From: an uncultured Ignavibacterium sp.
GTDB taxonomy: Bacteria; Bacteroidota; Ignavibacteria; Ignavibacteriales; Ignavibacteriaceae
Length of the DNA: 64,000 bases
Reading direction: 5' to 3'
Assembly (NCBI GenBank): GCA_937942875.1
Contig: CALEBT010000044.1
Coordinates: forward strand, 1,677 to 65,676
A program made the translations under genes and the position numbers. Shown here in pieces: positions 38,200 through 48,950 of the stretch (its first letter is position 1; the number at the start of each line of letters is the position of its first letter). Below the pieces are notes generated by a model. It searched no databases, was not told the DNA's origin, and saw only the letters and a list, made by a program, of their open reading frames with translations.

Positions 38200-38853
38200 T
38201 TAATTAATTTCCTTTTTTCTGAACGGGAAACCAAAACCTTTTAATAATTCATAAGCTTCATTATCGGTAGGAGCAGTAGTAACAATAGTAATATCCATAC
38301 CAATAATTTTATTCACTTTATCAATATTAATTTCCGGAAAGATAATCTGTTCTTTAATTCCTAAGGTATAATTACCCCTTCCATCAAAAGATTTATCAGA
38401 TAAACCTCTAAAGTCTCTGACTCTGGGTAAAGCTATATTGATTAACCTATCAAAAAACTCATACATTTTTTCTCTGCGCAGAGTAACCATAGCACCTATA
38501 TTCATTCCAGCTCTTAACTTAAAGTTAGAAATGGCTTTCTTTGCCTTTCTTATGCTGGCTTTTTGTCCAGTAATTGCTTCTAATTCTCTGACGGCTTCTT
38601 CTAATATTTTCGGTTCAGTAACAGCATCTCCAAGTCCCATATTAACAACAATCTTGGAAATTTTAGGCACCTGCATAATGCTTTTGTAGTTAAATGTTTT
38701 CATCAATTCTGGTACAACGTTGCTTTTATAAAATTCAGCTAAACGGCACCTAACCTTAACTTCTTTTTCAGCTTTTGCCTCAGAAGGTTGTTTTGCTGAC
38801 GGCTTTTGTTTTTGTTGTGTTGAATCAGATTTTTTTGTTTTCTTATCAGCCAT
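38200..38853 (-). CDS. rplE: 50S ribosomal protein L5 with an N-terminal extension
   Basis: [14 protein letters not shown]; AAGGA SD before ATG 38853. Confidence 0.96.
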   Translation of the reverse strand: MADKKTKKSDSTQQKQKPSAKQPSEAKAEKEVKVRCRLAEFYKSNVVPELMKTFNYKSIMQVPKISKIVVNMGLGDAVTEPKILEEAVRELEAITGQKASIRKAKKAISNFKLRAGMNIGAMVTLRREKMYEFFDRLINIALPRVRDFRGLSDKSFDGRGNYTLGIKEQIIFPEINIDKVNKIIGMDITIVTTAPTDNEAYELLKGFGFPFRKKEIN

Positions 38854-38866
38854 TGTTCAATATCCT

Positions 38867-39193
38867 TTATTGTAACATTTCACCGCTTTTTTTACTAATG
38901 CGGGCGGATTTCTTTTTACCAGTTTTTTCATCCAAAATAATTTTAGCCCCAATTCTTGAAGGTTCATTAGTTTTTGGATCTAAAATCATAACATTTGAAA
39001 TATGAATTGGCGCTTCCTTTTCAAATATTCCACCCTGAGGATTTTTTTGAGTTGGTTTGGTGTGGCGCTTTCTAATGTTAACACCTTCAACAATAACTCT
39101 GTTTTCCTTCGGGAATACTTTTAATACTTTACCGGTTTTGCCCCTATCATTACCGGCTATAACCATTACATTATCATTCTTTTTAATTTTCAT
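38867..39193 (-). CDS. rplX: 50S ribosomal protein L24
   Basis: KOW motif, EAPIH.SNV. Confidence 0.97.
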   Translation of the reverse strand: MKIKKNDNVMVIAGNDRGKTGKVLKVFPKENRVIVEGVNIRKRHTKPTQKNPQGGIFEKEAPIHISNVMILDPKTNEPSRIGAKIILDEKTGKKKSARISKKSGEMLQ

Positions 39194-39202
39194 TTTTCAA
39201 TC

Positions 39203-39571
39203 CTATAAAACTTCTGGAGCTAATGAAACAATTTTAAGAAATTGTTTATCTCTCAATTCTCTTGCAACAGGCCCAAAAATTCTTGTTCCTCTTGGTTCTC
39301 CCTGATTATTTATAAGTACAGCTGCATTTTCATCAAACCTGATGTAAGTACCATCTTTACGCCTTACTTCTTTGGCAGTACGTACAATAACTGCGCGTGA
39401 TACTTCGCCTTTTTTTACTTGACCATTAGGTATTGCAGATTTAACTGAGACGACAATAGTATCACCAACAGTGGCATATCTTCGATTGCTTCCACCTAAA
39501 ACTCTAATGCATCTAACTCGTTTAGCTCCCGAGTTATCAGCAACTACCAGATTAGTTTCTTCTTGAATCAT
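39203..39571 (-). CDS. rplN: 50S ribosomal protein L14
   Basis: [15 protein letters not shown]. Confidence 0.98.
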   Translation of the reverse strand: MIQEETNLVVADNSGAKRVRCIRVLGGSNRRYATVGDTIVVSVKSAIPNGQVKKGEVSRAVIVRTAKEVRRKDGTYIRFDENAAVLINNQGEPRGTRIFGPVARELRDKQFLKIVSLAPEVL

Positions 39572-39583
39572 TCTTCAAACTCC

Positions 39584-39841
39584 TTATTTGGCTTTTTCAA
39601 CAATTTCTACTAAACGCCAGCATTTTCTTTTACTTAAAGGACGAGTCTCCATAATTTTTACTTTATCACCAATATTACAAATTTCTTGTTCATCGTGAGC
39701 CATTAGCTTTGTAGTTTTTTTGAAATATTTTTTATAAATAGGATGCGGAACTCGTTTTTCAATTGCAACAGAAATTGTTTTTTTCATTCTATTACTAACA
39801 ACAATTCCAATTCTAACTTTTCTAAGATTTCTTTTTTCCAT
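39584..39841 (-). CDS. rpsQ: 30S ribosomal protein S17
   Basis: HP.Y.K, ETRPLSK.K. Confidence 0.97.
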   Translation of the reverse strand: MEKRNLRKVRIGIVVSNRMKKTISVAIEKRVPHPIYKKYFKKTTKLMAHDEQEICNIGDKVKIMETRPLSKRKCWRLVEIVEKAK

Positions 39842-40068
39842 TATTGAGTAACTCCGCTTTTACTTGTTAGAGCTTTTGCATCCTTTTGTCGCTCCGATAA
39901 AACTGTTTTCATTCTTGCTATATCTTTTTTAACCAGTTTTAATTTTGCAGTATTTGTCAACTGCTTAAGTTGATGAGAAAATCTCAAATCAACAAGATTC
40001 AGTTCTTCTTCCTGAATTCTTTTTACGATTTCATCTGTGGACATTTCTCTTATTTCTCTAATTTTCAT
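39841..40068 (-). CDS. rpmC: 50S ribosomal protein L29
   Basis: MK..EIR, LRF, K.IAR..T; start moved to ATG 40068. Confidence 0.94.
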   Translation of the reverse strand: MKIREIREMSTDEIVKRIQEEELNLVDLRFSHQLKQLTNTAKLKLVKKDIARMKTVLSERQKDAKALTSKSGVTQ

Positions 40069-40072
40069 TTCT

Positions 40073-40492
40073 CTATCCTTCGTAATCTGGTCTTTGAACA
40101 ATTTTTGTTTTAACAGGCAGTTTATAAGAACAAAGCTTAAGAGCCTGATGCGCTAATTCTTTAGATACACCTGATACTTCAAACATTATTCTGCCAGGTT
40201 TAACGACTGCTACCCAGAATTCAGGAGCACCTTTACCTTTACCCATTCTGGTTTCGAGAGGTTTTTTACTTACAGGTTTGTCAGGAAAAATTCTGATCCA
40301 AACCTTACCGTCTCTTTTCATAGAACGTGACAGAGCAACCCTACAGGATTCAATCTGTCTGCTTGTAATCCAAGCTGGTTCTAAGGTCTTTAATCCAAAA
40401 TCGCCAAAAGCAACCGATGAACCGCGGTAGGCTTTTCCTTTCCTTCTGCCTCTTTGTGCTTTTCTGAATTTAACTCTTTTTGGCATTAACAT
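40073..40492 (-). CDS. rplP: 50S ribosomal protein L16
   Basis: RMGKGKG. Confidence 0.98.
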   Translation of the reverse strand: MLMPKRVKFRKAQRGRRKGKAYRGSSVAFGDFGLKTLEPAWITSRQIESCRVALSRSMKRDGKVWIRIFPDKPVSKKPLETRMGKGKGAPEFWVAVVKPGRIMFEVSGVSKELAHQALKLCSYKLPVKTKIVQRPDYEG

Positions 40493-40514
40493 AATTGAAA
40501 ACTCCTATGTAATT

Positions 40515-41156
40515 TTAGTCAGAGGCTCTTTTTCCAAGAATTTCGCCTCGACAAATCCAAACTTTAATTCCAATTGAACCATATATTGTTTCTGCCCTGC
40601 CTTGAGCATAATCAATATCAGCTCTTAATGTATGTAAAGGAATTCTTCCTTCCTTATATTGTTCAGCTCTTGCTATTTCAGCACCAGCTAATCTGCCTGA
40701 GCACATTATTCTTATTCCTTCAGCTCCCATTCTCATAGCCGCAGTAATTGCCATTTTCATAGCTCTTCTATAAGAAACTCTGTTTTCTATCTGATTAGCT
40801 ATATTCTCGGCTACTAAATAAGCATCCAATTCAGGTCTTTTAATTTCAGATATTTGAACTTTAACTTCTTTATTACTAACTGTTTTTAATTCTTGTTCTA
40901 ACTGAGTAATCTCTTTACCACTTTTTCCAATAACAACACCGGGTCTGGAGGTATGAATATTTATAATTATATTTTTTGATGTTCTATCTATAACCAGTCT
41001 TGAAATACCTGCTTTAGTTAATCTATTTCTGATATAAGCTCTTAGCTTATTATCTTCTTTCAGCTTGGTTGCATAAGATTTTCTTTCGTACCAATTAGAG
41101 TCCCAGCCTCTAATAATACCGACTCTAAGACCAATAGGATTTGTTTTCTGTCCCAA
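40515..41156 (-). CDS. rpsC: 30S ribosomal protein S3 (TTG start)
   Basis: [18 protein letters not shown]. Confidence 0.98.
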   Translation of the reverse strand: MGQKTNPIGLRVGIIRGWDSNWYERKSYATKLKEDNKLRAYIRNRLTKAGISRLVIDRTSKNIIINIHTSRPGVVIGKSGKEITQLEQELKTVSNKEVKVQISEIKRPELDAYLVAENIANQIENRVSYRRAMKMAITAAMRMGAEGIRIMCSGRLAGAEIARAEQYKEGRIPLHTLRADIDYAQGRAETIYGSIGIKVWICRGEILGKRASD

Positions 41157-41167
41157 AAATTTACCTC

Positions 41168-41515
41168 CTAATTAGATTTACTGGCAACGACTACCGTTAA
41201 ATGACAGGATCTTTTTCTAATTCTGTAAGCTCTTCCCATCGGAGCTGGTGAAATTCTCTTTAAAGTTGGACCCTGATTAACAAATATTTCTTTTACATAA
41301 AGATTTTCAGCTTCAACTCTTTCGTTTTCATTCAGATTCATAGCATTAGCTAATGCTGATCTTAAAGTTTTTGCAACATCTTTAGCAGCAACTTTTGGAG
41401 TGAAGTGTAAAATGTCTAAAGCTTTATCTACCGACATTCCTCTGATTAAATCAGCAACCAACCTCATTTTTCGAGGAGATGAACCTATATATCTATTAAT
41501 TGCTCTGGCTTCCAT
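41168..41515 (-). CDS. rplV: 50S ribosomal protein L22
   Basis: SPRK.RLV.D.IRG. Confidence 0.97.
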   Translation of the reverse strand: MEARAINRYIGSSPRKMRLVADLIRGMSVDKALDILHFTPKVAAKDVAKTLRSALANAMNLNENERVEAENLYVKEIFVNQGPTLKRISPAPMGRAYRIRKRSCHLTVVVASKSN

Positions 41516-41529
41516 AGATTAAATTCCTA

Positions 41530-41817
41530 TTATTTTCCTTTAGCTGCTTTGTCAGCTTTTGTGCCCGGATGACCTCTAAAAATTCTTGTAGGAGCAAATT
41601 CTCCAAGTTTATGACCGACCATATTTTCTGTTATATAAACTGGTATATGCTGTTTCCCGTTATGAACTCCAATTGTATGACCAACAAATTCAGGGATTAT
41701 AGTTGAAGACCTTGACCAGGTTTTGATGATTTTTTTCTGATTGGTTTCATTCAACTTCTGAATTTTCTTAAAAAGTTTTACGTCAACAAAAGGACCTTTT
41801 TTTACCGATCTTGGCAT
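41530..41817 (-). CDS. rpsS: 30S ribosomal protein S19
   Basis: KTWSR, GHKLGEF. Confidence 0.98.
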   Translation of the reverse strand: MPRSVKKGPFVDVKLFKKIQKLNETNQKKIIKTWSRSSTIIPEFVGHTIGVHNGKQHIPVYITENMVGHKLGEFAPTRIFRGHPGTKADKAAKGK

Positions 41818-41832
41818 ATTTGTTTCCTAATC

Positions 41833-42657
41833 CTACTTGCGTCTTTTTATAATTAATTTATTTGATTGTTTTTTTCGTTTTCTCGTTTTAAGTCCTTTAG
41901 CTTTTTGACCCCAAGGAGAAACAGGATGACCTCCACCGGAAGTTTTTCCTTCACCACCACCCATTGGGTGATCAACAGGGTTCATAGCAACTCCTCTGGT
42001 ATGGGGTCTTCTACCTAACCATCTGCTTCTACCAGCTTTACCTAAGCTTATATTCTCGTGTATTGCATTTCCAACGCTACCATAGGTAGCCATACAATCA
42101 ACTCTAACCATTCTGACTTCACCCGAAGGCAATTTCAAGGTTGCAAAGTCACCCTCTCTTGCCATTAACTGCAAAGATGAACCGGCACTTCTTCCAATTT
42201 GTCCACCTTTACCTGGTTTCAATTCAACATTATGAACGAAACTGCCAAGAGGCATTTCTTTTAATGGCAACGCATTACCAATTTTAATTTCACTACCTGA
42301 ACCTGATGTAAGAATATCACCAACCTTTAAACCATCAGGAGCGATAATATATCTTTTTTCTCCATCAGCATAATGTAAAAGAGCAATTCTGCTTGAACGA
42401 TTCGGATCATATTCTATGGCTACAACTTTAGCAGAAATACCAAACTTATCTCTTTTGAAATCAATGATTCTGTATTTTCTTTTATGTCCGCCGCCTCGAT
42501 GTCGCGCAGTAACCCGACCTAAATTGTTTCTTCCACCAGATTTTTTTAATGGAACTAACAAAGATTTTTCAGGTTCTGATTTTGTTATTTCTTCGAACGT
42601 GAAATTTGTCCTGAATCTTGTTCCCGGCGTAACTGGTTTTAATTTTTTAATACTCAT
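41833..42657 (-). CDS. rplB: 50S ribosomal protein L2
   Basis: [18 protein letters not shown]. Confidence 0.98.
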   Translation of the reverse strand: MSIKKLKPVTPGTRFRTNFTFEEITKSEPEKSLLVPLKKSGGRNNLGRVTARHRGGGHKRKYRIIDFKRDKFGISAKVVAIEYDPNRSSRIALLHYADGEKRYIIAPDGLKVGDILTSGSGSEIKIGNALPLKEMPLGSFVHNVELKPGKGGQIGRSAGSSLQLMAREGDFATLKLPSGEVRMVRVDCMATYGSVGNAIHENISLGKAGRSRWLGRRPHTRGVAMNPVDHPMGGGEGKTSGGGHPVSPWGQKAKGLKTRKRKKQSNKLIIKRRK

Positions 42658-42669
42658 TTTTTATCCTGA

Positions 42670-42963
42670 CTAAGCTTGCTCAAACAATTCTATTGTTTCA
42701 CCTTCTTTAAGGGTGATGATTGCTTTTTTATATTTTGAAGTTTTTCCAGTAAATCTTCCACTTTTTCTGAACTGAGTTTTAGTTTTTCCGGAATAATTCA
42801 TAGTTCTAACCTTCACAACGTGAACATTAAATTTTTTCTCAATAGCTTTTTTAATCTCAATTTTATTAGCATCAGTGCTAACAATAAATCCATACTGACC
42901 TTTATCAGCAGTAAGATTAGTCATTTTTTCAGTAACTAGTGGTTTAATTAGAATATTATGCAT
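42670..42963 (-). CDS. rplW: 50S ribosomal protein L23
   Basis: P.VTEK, KKAI.TL; GAGGTG SD favours ATG 42963. Confidence 0.96.
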   Translation of the reverse strand: MHNILIKPLVTEKMTNLTADKGQYGFIVSTDANKIEIKKAIEKKFNVHVVKVRTMNYSGKTKTQFRKSGRFTGKTSKYKKAIITLKEGETIELFEQA

Positions 42964-43609
42964 TTTCAACCACCTCTTTCTTAGTAACTAAATTTTTCTC
43001 AATTACTTCAACAGCACCTTTTTGTAAAAGTAATACCTGATTATTCAAAATATCGTAAGTAGATGCTTTTGAAGCTTCCAATACCTGAACTTTAGGAATA
43101 TTCCTTCCGGATTTATAAACTACATTGTTATAATCAGTAGTTAAAAGAAGAACCTTCTTACCTGATATTTTTAAGTTATTAAGAATCTGAACAAAATCTT
43201 TAGTTTTTGGCTGTTCGAAAGAAAAGTCCTCAACAACCATTAATTGATTATCTTTAATTTTATAACTTAAAGCAGATTTTCTGGCTAATTGCTTAACTTT
43301 TTGAGGAAGTTTCTGACGATAATCTCTTGGTCTCGGACCGAAAATAGTTCCACCGCCAACCCATAAAGGAGATCTAATTGTACCCGCTCTGGCTCCGCCT
43401 CTTCCTTTTTGTCTCCACGGTTTTTTACCTCCGCCGCTTACTTCTCCTCTCTCTTTCGCTTTATGAGTTCCTTGTCTCTGATTTGCTAAGTAAGCTTTCA
43501 CATCGAGATAGATAGCGTGATCATTTGGTTCAATAGCATAAATATCATCAGACAGATTTAATTTTTCTTCTGCTAATGAACCATCTATTTTATAAACATC
43601 TATTGTCAT
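42956..43609 (-). CDS. rplD: 50S ribosomal protein L4
   Basis: RQGT, KP.RQKG.G.AR.G. Confidence 0.97.
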   Translation of the reverse strand: MTIDVYKIDGSLAEEKLNLSDDIYAIEPNDHAIYLDVKAYLANQRQGTHKAKERGEVSGGGKKPWRQKGRGGARAGTIRSPLWVGGGTIFGPRPRDYRQKLPQKVKQLARKSALSYKIKDNQLMVVEDFSFEQPKTKDFVQILNNLKISGKKVLLLTTDYNNVVYKSGRNIPKVQVLEASKASTYDILNNQVLLLQKGAVEVIEKNLVTKKEVVENA

Positions 43610-43620
43610 TTTTTTACCGA

Positions 43621-44244
43621 TTAATTCTTTATCAATTCTACAATGGAATTATTTGCTCCAGGAATTGCTCCCTTAACAAATATTAAATTATTCTCTTTTT
43701 CAACTTTGACTATTTTAAGATTTCTAACTGTGGTATTAGCATAACCCATTCTGCCTGCCATTCTTTGACCTTTGAACACTCTGGATGGGTACGAACTTCC
43801 TCCGATAGAACCTGGGGCTCTGACTCTATCGCTTTGTCCGTGAGTTGTCATTCCTATACCACCAAAACCGTGTCGTTTAACGACACCTTGGAAACCTTTT
43901 CCTTTACTTTTAGACCTAACTTTAATTAAATCACCTTCACTAAAAACAGAACAATCTAAAACATCGCCTACCTTAAAACCAGAAATATCATAACCTTTGA
44001 ATTCAATCAAAACTTTCTTTGCTTCAACTCCATTTTTTTTGAAAAAACCTTTTAGTGGTTTATTCAAGCGCTTTTCTTTAACATCGCCAAAACCAAGCTG
44101 TAAAGCATTATAACCATCCTTTTCATACGTTTTGATATTTGTAACTAAACAAGGACCAGCCTGAACAACAGTAACAGGGATAATATCACCACTACTGTTA
44201 AAAATACTTGTCATACCAATTTTTTTTCCAATTAAACCAGACAT
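43621..44244 (-). CDS. rplC: 50S ribosomal protein L3
   Basis: G.K.GMT, KGKGFQG..KRH. Confidence 0.97.
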   Translation of the reverse strand: MSGLIGKKIGMTSIFNSSGDIIPVTVVQAGPCLVTNIKTYEKDGYNALQLGFGDVKEKRLNKPLKGFFKKNGVEAKKVLIEFKGYDISGFKVGDVLDCSVFSEGDLIKVRSKSKGKGFQGVVKRHGFGGIGMTTHGQSDRVRAPGSIGGSSYPSRVFKGQRMAGRMGYANTTVRNLKIVKVEKENNLIFVKGAIPGANNSIVELIKN

Positions 44245-44259
44245 CTTAGCTCCGCTTCA

Positions 44260-44568
44260 TTATAACTTTATTTCGATATCAACACCCGCCGGAATATCAA
44301 GTTTACTTAATGACTCGACGGTCTTGTTATTTGAATTATGTATATCTATTATTCTTTTATGTGCCCTGGTTTCAAATTGTTCACGTGATTTTTTATCAAC
44401 GTGAGGGGATCTTAAAACAGTAAATACTGTTTTTTTAGTTGGTAATGGGATAGGTCCCGATACAAATGCACCAGTACTTCTTACTGTTTTGATAATCTTT
44501 TCTGTAGATTTATCAATCAAAATATGATCGTAAGATTTTAACTTAATTCTTATTTTCTGCCCGGACAC
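44260..44568 (-). CDS. rpsJ: 30S ribosomal protein S10 (GTG start)
   Basis: GPIPLPT, RSPH..K.SREQF. Confidence 0.98.
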   Translation of the reverse strand: MSGQKIRIKLKSYDHILIDKSTEKIIKTVRSTGAFVSGPIPLPTKKTVFTVLRSPHVDKKSREQFETRAHKRIIDIHNSNNKTVESLSKLDIPAGVDIEIKL

Positions 44569-44591
44569 TTATAATTCTCCTTTTAATAGAT

Positions 44592-44617
44592 AAGAAAAGG
44601 GAGATATGTCTCCCTTT
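44592..44617 (-). terminator. Terminator/attenuator between tuf and rpsJ
   Basis: Minus strand AAAGGGAGA-CATA-TCTCCCTTT-TCTT. Confidence 0.7.
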
Positions 44618-44638
44618 AGCTTCAATATTTTGAAAAAT

Positions 44639-45844
44639 TTATTCAATAATCTTTGTTACAACACCAGCACCGACAGTTCTTCCACCTTCTCTAATAGCAA
44701 ATCTTAAACCTTCTTCCATAGCAATTTCTGAAATCAAATCAACTTTAAGATTTACTTTATCACCTGGCATAACCATTTCAGTGCCTTCCGGAAGTGTAGC
44801 TACACCAGTAACGTCAGTAGTTCTGAAATAAAATTGAGGTCTATAACCACTAAAGAATGGTGTGTGTCTTCCACCTTCTTCTTTTGAAAGTATGTAAACT
44901 TCACCTTCAAATTTTTTGTGGGGTGTAATTGAACCTGGTTTCGCAAGCACCATTCCTCTTTCAATTTCTTTTTTATCAATACCTCTTAATAATAAACCAG
45001 CATTATCACCGGCAATAGCCTCATCTAATTCTTTTCTAAACATTTCAACACCGGTAACTACAGTTTTTTTATGAACGCCAAGTCCAATTAGTTCAACTTC
45101 TTCTCCAACTTTAACTTTTCCTCTTTCTACTCTGCCTGTGGCAACAGTTCCACGACCTGTAATTGAAAAAACGTCTTCGACTGGCATAATAAATGGCTTA
45201 TCGATACTTCTTTCAGGAATAGGTACATAATTGTCAACAGCGTCCATTAACTCCCAAATACAATTAAATCTTGGATCTGAAACATCAGCATTAGAAGTAC
45301 CAGCTTCTAAAGCTTGTAAAGCAGAACCACGAATAATTGGGATTTCATCACCAGGGAACTCATATTTACTTAAGAGCTCTCTTAATTCCATCTCTACTAA
45401 ATCAATTAATTCTGCATCGTCAACCATATCTACTTTATTTAAAAATACAACTATACGAGGTACACCAACCTGTCTTGCCAAAAGAATATGCTCTCTTGTT
45501 TGAGGCATTGGACCATCGGTAGCAGCAACCACTAAAATAGCACCATCCATCTGAGCAGCACCTGTGATCATGTTTTTTACATAGTCTGCGTGACCAGGGC
45601 AGTCAACGTGAGCATAGTGTCTATTCGCGGTAGAATACTCAACGTGAGCGGTTGCAATAGTAATGCCTCTTTCTCTTTCTTCCGGAGCGTTATCAATACT
45701 ATCGAAGGTTCTGACTTGTGACAAACCTTTTTTAGCAAGAGCCATAGTAATAGCAGCGGTTAATGTAGTTTTTCCGTGATCTACGTGACCGATTGTACCA
45801 ACATTAACGTGAGGCTTACTCCTATCAAATTTTTCTTTAGCCAT
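44639..45844 (-). CDS. tuf: Elongation factor Tu
   Basis: [20 protein letters not shown]. Confidence 0.99.
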   Translation of the reverse strand: MAKEKFDRSKPHVNVGTIGHVDHGKTTLTAAITMALAKKGLSQVRTFDSIDNAPEERERGITIATAHVEYSTANRHYAHVDCPGHADYVKNMITGAAQMDGAILVVAATDGPMPQTREHILLARQVGVPRIVVFLNKVDMVDDAELIDLVEMELRELLSKYEFPGDEIPIIRGSALQALEAGTSNADVSDPRFNCIWELMDAVDNYVPIPERSIDKPFIMPVEDVFSITGRGTVATGRVERGKVKVGEEVELIGLGVHKKTVVTGVEMFRKELDEAIAGDNAGLLLRGIDKKEIERGMVLAKPGSITPHKKFEGEVYILSKEEGGRHTPFFSGYRPQFYFRTTDVTGVATLPEGTEMVMPGDKVNLKVDLISEIAMEEGLRFAIREGGRTVGAGVVTKIIE

Positions 45845-45888
45845 CTTAATCTCCTTTTATATTTTTTTGTTTAATTCTATATTAAAAA

Positions 45889-47982
45889 CTAAGCTGTTGA
45901 TTTTTTACTTAAGTTTTTTTCTGATATTTCATCTGAAATAGATTTTGGCACCGAAGAATAATGATCAAATTGCATAGAGTAAATAGCACGTCCCTGAGTC
46001 ATAGATCTTAAAGTTGTGGCATATCCAAACATTTCGGACAAAGGCACATAAGCTTTAATCACTTGTGCGTCTTTTCGGGCAGAGAAACCTTCAATTTTTC
46101 CTCTTCTGGAATTTAAGTCTCCCATAACATCGCCCAAATATTCTTCAGGAGTAATAACTTCAACAGCCATTATTGGTTCGAGTAATACAGGATTAGCTTT
46201 TTTTGCTGCATTCTGAAAAGCCATCGAACCAGCAACTCTGAAAGATATTTCATCAGAGTCAACATCATGATAAGAACCATCATACAATTTAGCTTTAACA
46301 TCAACTATCGGATAGCCAGCAATAACGCCATTTTTCATTGCATCTTGAATACCTTGAGAAACTGCTGGTATATATTCTTTCGGTACAGTTCCACCTACAA
46401 TAGCATTTATAAACTCAAAGCCTTTTCCAGGCTCATTAGGCGAGACCTCAATCCAAACGTGGCCGTATTTTCCACGACCACCAGATTGCTTAACAAACTT
46501 ACCCTCCGCCTGAACGGTTGAGGTAATTGTTTCCCTGTAAGCTACCTGAGGTTTACCAACGTTTGCTTCGACCTTAAACTCACGCTTCATTCTATCAACA
46601 ATTATTTCAAGATGCAACTCACCCATTCCACTAATTAAGGTTTGACCAGTTTCTTCATCAACCTTTACTTTGAATGTCGGATCTTCATCTGATAACTTTG
46701 ATAATGCTTCAGATAATTTATCCTGATCAGCCTTTGTTTTAGGTTCAATTGCAATTTGAATAACTGGTTCAGGGAAAGACATTCTTTCCAATATAATGGG
46801 ATCATTCTCTGTGCATAAAGTATCGCCAGTCTTTGTAAATTTTAATCCCACTGCAGCTGCAATATCACCAGCTTTTACTTCATTTATTTCTTCTCTATGA
46901 TTAGCGTGCATTTGGAGCAAACGACTAATTCTTTCTTTTTTCCCACTCACTGAATTAAAAACATAAGATCCACTTGTAAGTTTTCCAGAGTAAACTCTAA
47001 AAAATGTTAATTTACCAACATAGGGATCATTCATAATCTTAAAAGCTAATGCAGTAAATTTTTCATCGCTACTGATTTTTCTTTTGACAACATCATTTAA
47101 TCCCGGATGATGAGCTTCAATTTCAGCTAAATCAGCGGGCGATGGTAAGAAATCAACAACTGCATCTAAAAGTTTTTGTACACCTTTATTTTTGAAAGAA
47201 GAACCACAAAGAACAGGAACAATTTTTAACTCAATCGTTGCCCTTCTTAAAACATTGGTAATTTCTTCGGGAGTAATTTCTTTCCCATCAAGGTATTTTT
47301 CTAAAAGAGTATCATCAACATCAGAAACAGCTTCCAACATTTGGGTTCTATATTTATTGGAAATTTCCAAAAGATCTTTTGGAATTTCTATTTCATCATA
47401 AGTAGTACCTAAACTGTCTTCGTGATACATTCTTGCGTTAAACTTAATTAAGTCTATTACTCCGACAAAAATATCACCTTCGCCAATTGGAAGATTAATT
47501 GGGATAGCATTTGCACCTAATCTATCTTTCATCATCTGAATAGCGTTATAAAAATCAGCACCAATTCTATCCATTTTATTAACGAAAGCGATTCTTGGAA
47601 CACCATATTTGTCTGCTTGTCTCCATACAGTTTCTGATTGAGGTTCAACGCCACCAACTGCACAAAACAAGGCAACAGCTCCATCTAAAACTCTGAGAGA
47701 TCTTTCAACTTCAACAGTAAAATCTACGTGCCCCGGGGTATCAATAATATTTATTTGATGGTCATTCCAGTAACAGGTAGTAGCAGCACTTGTAATAGTA
47801 ATTCCTCTTTCTTTTTCCTGCTCCATCCAATCCATCGTGGCTGCTCCATCGTGCACTTCACCTAACCTGTGAGTTTTTCCAGTATAATACAGGATTCTCT
47901 CAGTTGTGGTGGTTTTACCAGCATCAATGTGAGCCATTATCCCGATATTTCTTACTTTTTCTATATTATGCAAACCTGACAT
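45889..47982 (-). CDS. fusA: Elongation factor G
   Basis: [23 protein letters not shown]. Confidence 0.99.
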   Translation of the reverse strand: MSGLHNIEKVRNIGIMAHIDAGKTTTTERILYYTGKTHRLGEVHDGAATMDWMEQEKERGITITSAATTCYWNDHQINIIDTPGHVDFTVEVERSLRVLDGAVALFCAVGGVEPQSETVWRQADKYGVPRIAFVNKMDRIGADFYNAIQMMKDRLGANAIPINLPIGEGDIFVGVIDLIKFNARMYHEDSLGTTYDEIEIPKDLLEISNKYRTQMLEAVSDVDDTLLEKYLDGKEITPEEITNVLRRATIELKIVPVLCGSSFKNKGVQKLLDAVVDFLPSPADLAEIEAHHPGLNDVVKRKISSDEKFTALAFKIMNDPYVGKLTFFRVYSGKLTSGSYVFNSVSGKKERISRLLQMHANHREEINEVKAGDIAAAVGLKFTKTGDTLCTENDPIILERMSFPEPVIQIAIEPKTKADQDKLSEALSKLSDEDPTFKVKVDEETGQTLISGMGELHLEIIVDRMKREFKVEANVGKPQVAYRETITSTVQAEGKFVKQSGGRGKYGHVWIEVSPNEPGKGFEFINAIVGGTVPKEYIPAVSQGIQDAMKNGVIAGYPIVDVKAKLYDGSYHDVDSDEISFRVAGSMAFQNAAKKANPVLLEPIMAVEVITPEEYLGDVMGDLNSRRGKIEGFSARKDAQVIKAYVPLSEMFGYATTLRSMTQGRAIYSMQFDHYSSVPKSISDEISEKNLSKKSTA

Positions 47983-47991
47983 TGTATATCC

Positions 47992-48459
47992 TTACCACTT
48001 AAAATGGGCAAAAGCTTTATTTGCTTCGGCCATTTTGTGAGTATCTTCCTTCTTTTTTACTGAGTTTCCTTCATTATTTGAGGCTGAAATTAGTTCTCCA
48101 GCCAATTTAGCAGCCATTGATTTTTCACCTCTTGAACGAGAATAAGTTTTTATCCATCTCATTGCTAAGGCAGTCCTTCTCTCAGGTCTTACTTCAGTTG
48201 GCACCTGATAAGTAGCTCCTCCAACTCTTCTACTTCTAACTTCTATTACTGGGGCAACATTAGCTATAGCTTTTTTAAAGGTTTCTAAGCCTGATTTTTT
48301 AGTTTTTTCTTCAATAATATTAAACGCAGAATAGACTATCTTTCTTGCAACTGATTTTTTACCCTCCAGCATTAAACTATTGATAAATTTAGCGACTAAT
48401 AAATCGCCATATTGAGGATCTGGTTTAATATACCGTTTTTCAGCTCTTCTTTTTCTCAT
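47992..48459 (-). CDS. rpsG: 30S ribosomal protein S7
   Basis: [18 protein letters not shown]. Confidence 0.98.
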   Translation of the reverse strand: MRKRRAEKRYIKPDPQYGDLLVAKFINSLMLEGKKSVARKIVYSAFNIIEEKTKKSGLETFKKAIANVAPVIEVRSRRVGGATYQVPTEVRPERRTALAMRWIKTYSRSRGEKSMAAKLAGELISASNNEGNSVKKKEDTHKMAEANKAFAHFKW

Positions 48460-48461
48460 AC

Positions 48462-48839
48462 TTATTTAGCTTTTGGTTTTTTTGCGCCGTATTTAGAACG
48501 ACCTTTTTTTCTATCTTCAACTCCACTTGTATCGAGAGTGCCTCTGATAATATGATATCTTACTCCAGGCAAATCCTTTACTCTTCCACCTCTGATCATA
48601 ACAAGCGAGTGTTCCTGCAGATTATGACCTTCCCCGGGAATATAAGCGGTTACTTCAATATTATTTGTTAATCTAACTCTTGCTACTTTTCTTAATGCTG
48701 AATTAGGTTTTTTGGGGGTAGTAGTATATACCCTGGTGCAAACCCCTCTTTTTTGAGGGCAAGCATCTAAAGCGGGTGCTTTACTTTTTCCCAAAATTCT
48801 AGTTCTACCTTTTCTTACCAACTGATTTATCGTCGGCAC
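48462..48839 (-). CDS. rpsL: 30S ribosomal protein S12 (GTG start)
   Basis: [15 protein letters not shown]. Confidence 0.99.
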   Translation of the reverse strand: MPTINQLVRKGRTRILGKSKAPALDACPQKRGVCTRVYTTTPKKPNSALRKVARVRLTNNIEVTAYIPGEGHNLQEHSLVMIRGGRVKDLPGVRYHIIRGTLDTSGVEDRKKGRSKYGAKKPKAK

Positions 48840-48874
48840 ACTTACCTCGTTATATTTTATAAAAATTCAGACTT

Positions 48875-48905
48875 CAAATATATCTTTAATTCACAAATAT
48901 GTCAA
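48875..48905 (-). promoter_or_regulatory. Sigma70 promoter of the str/S10 operon
   Basis: TTGACA-N17-TATATTTG. Confidence 0.75.
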
Positions 48906-48950
48906 GAAAACTTGGCTATTATAATTAATTTAATTATCTATAACCATTTT

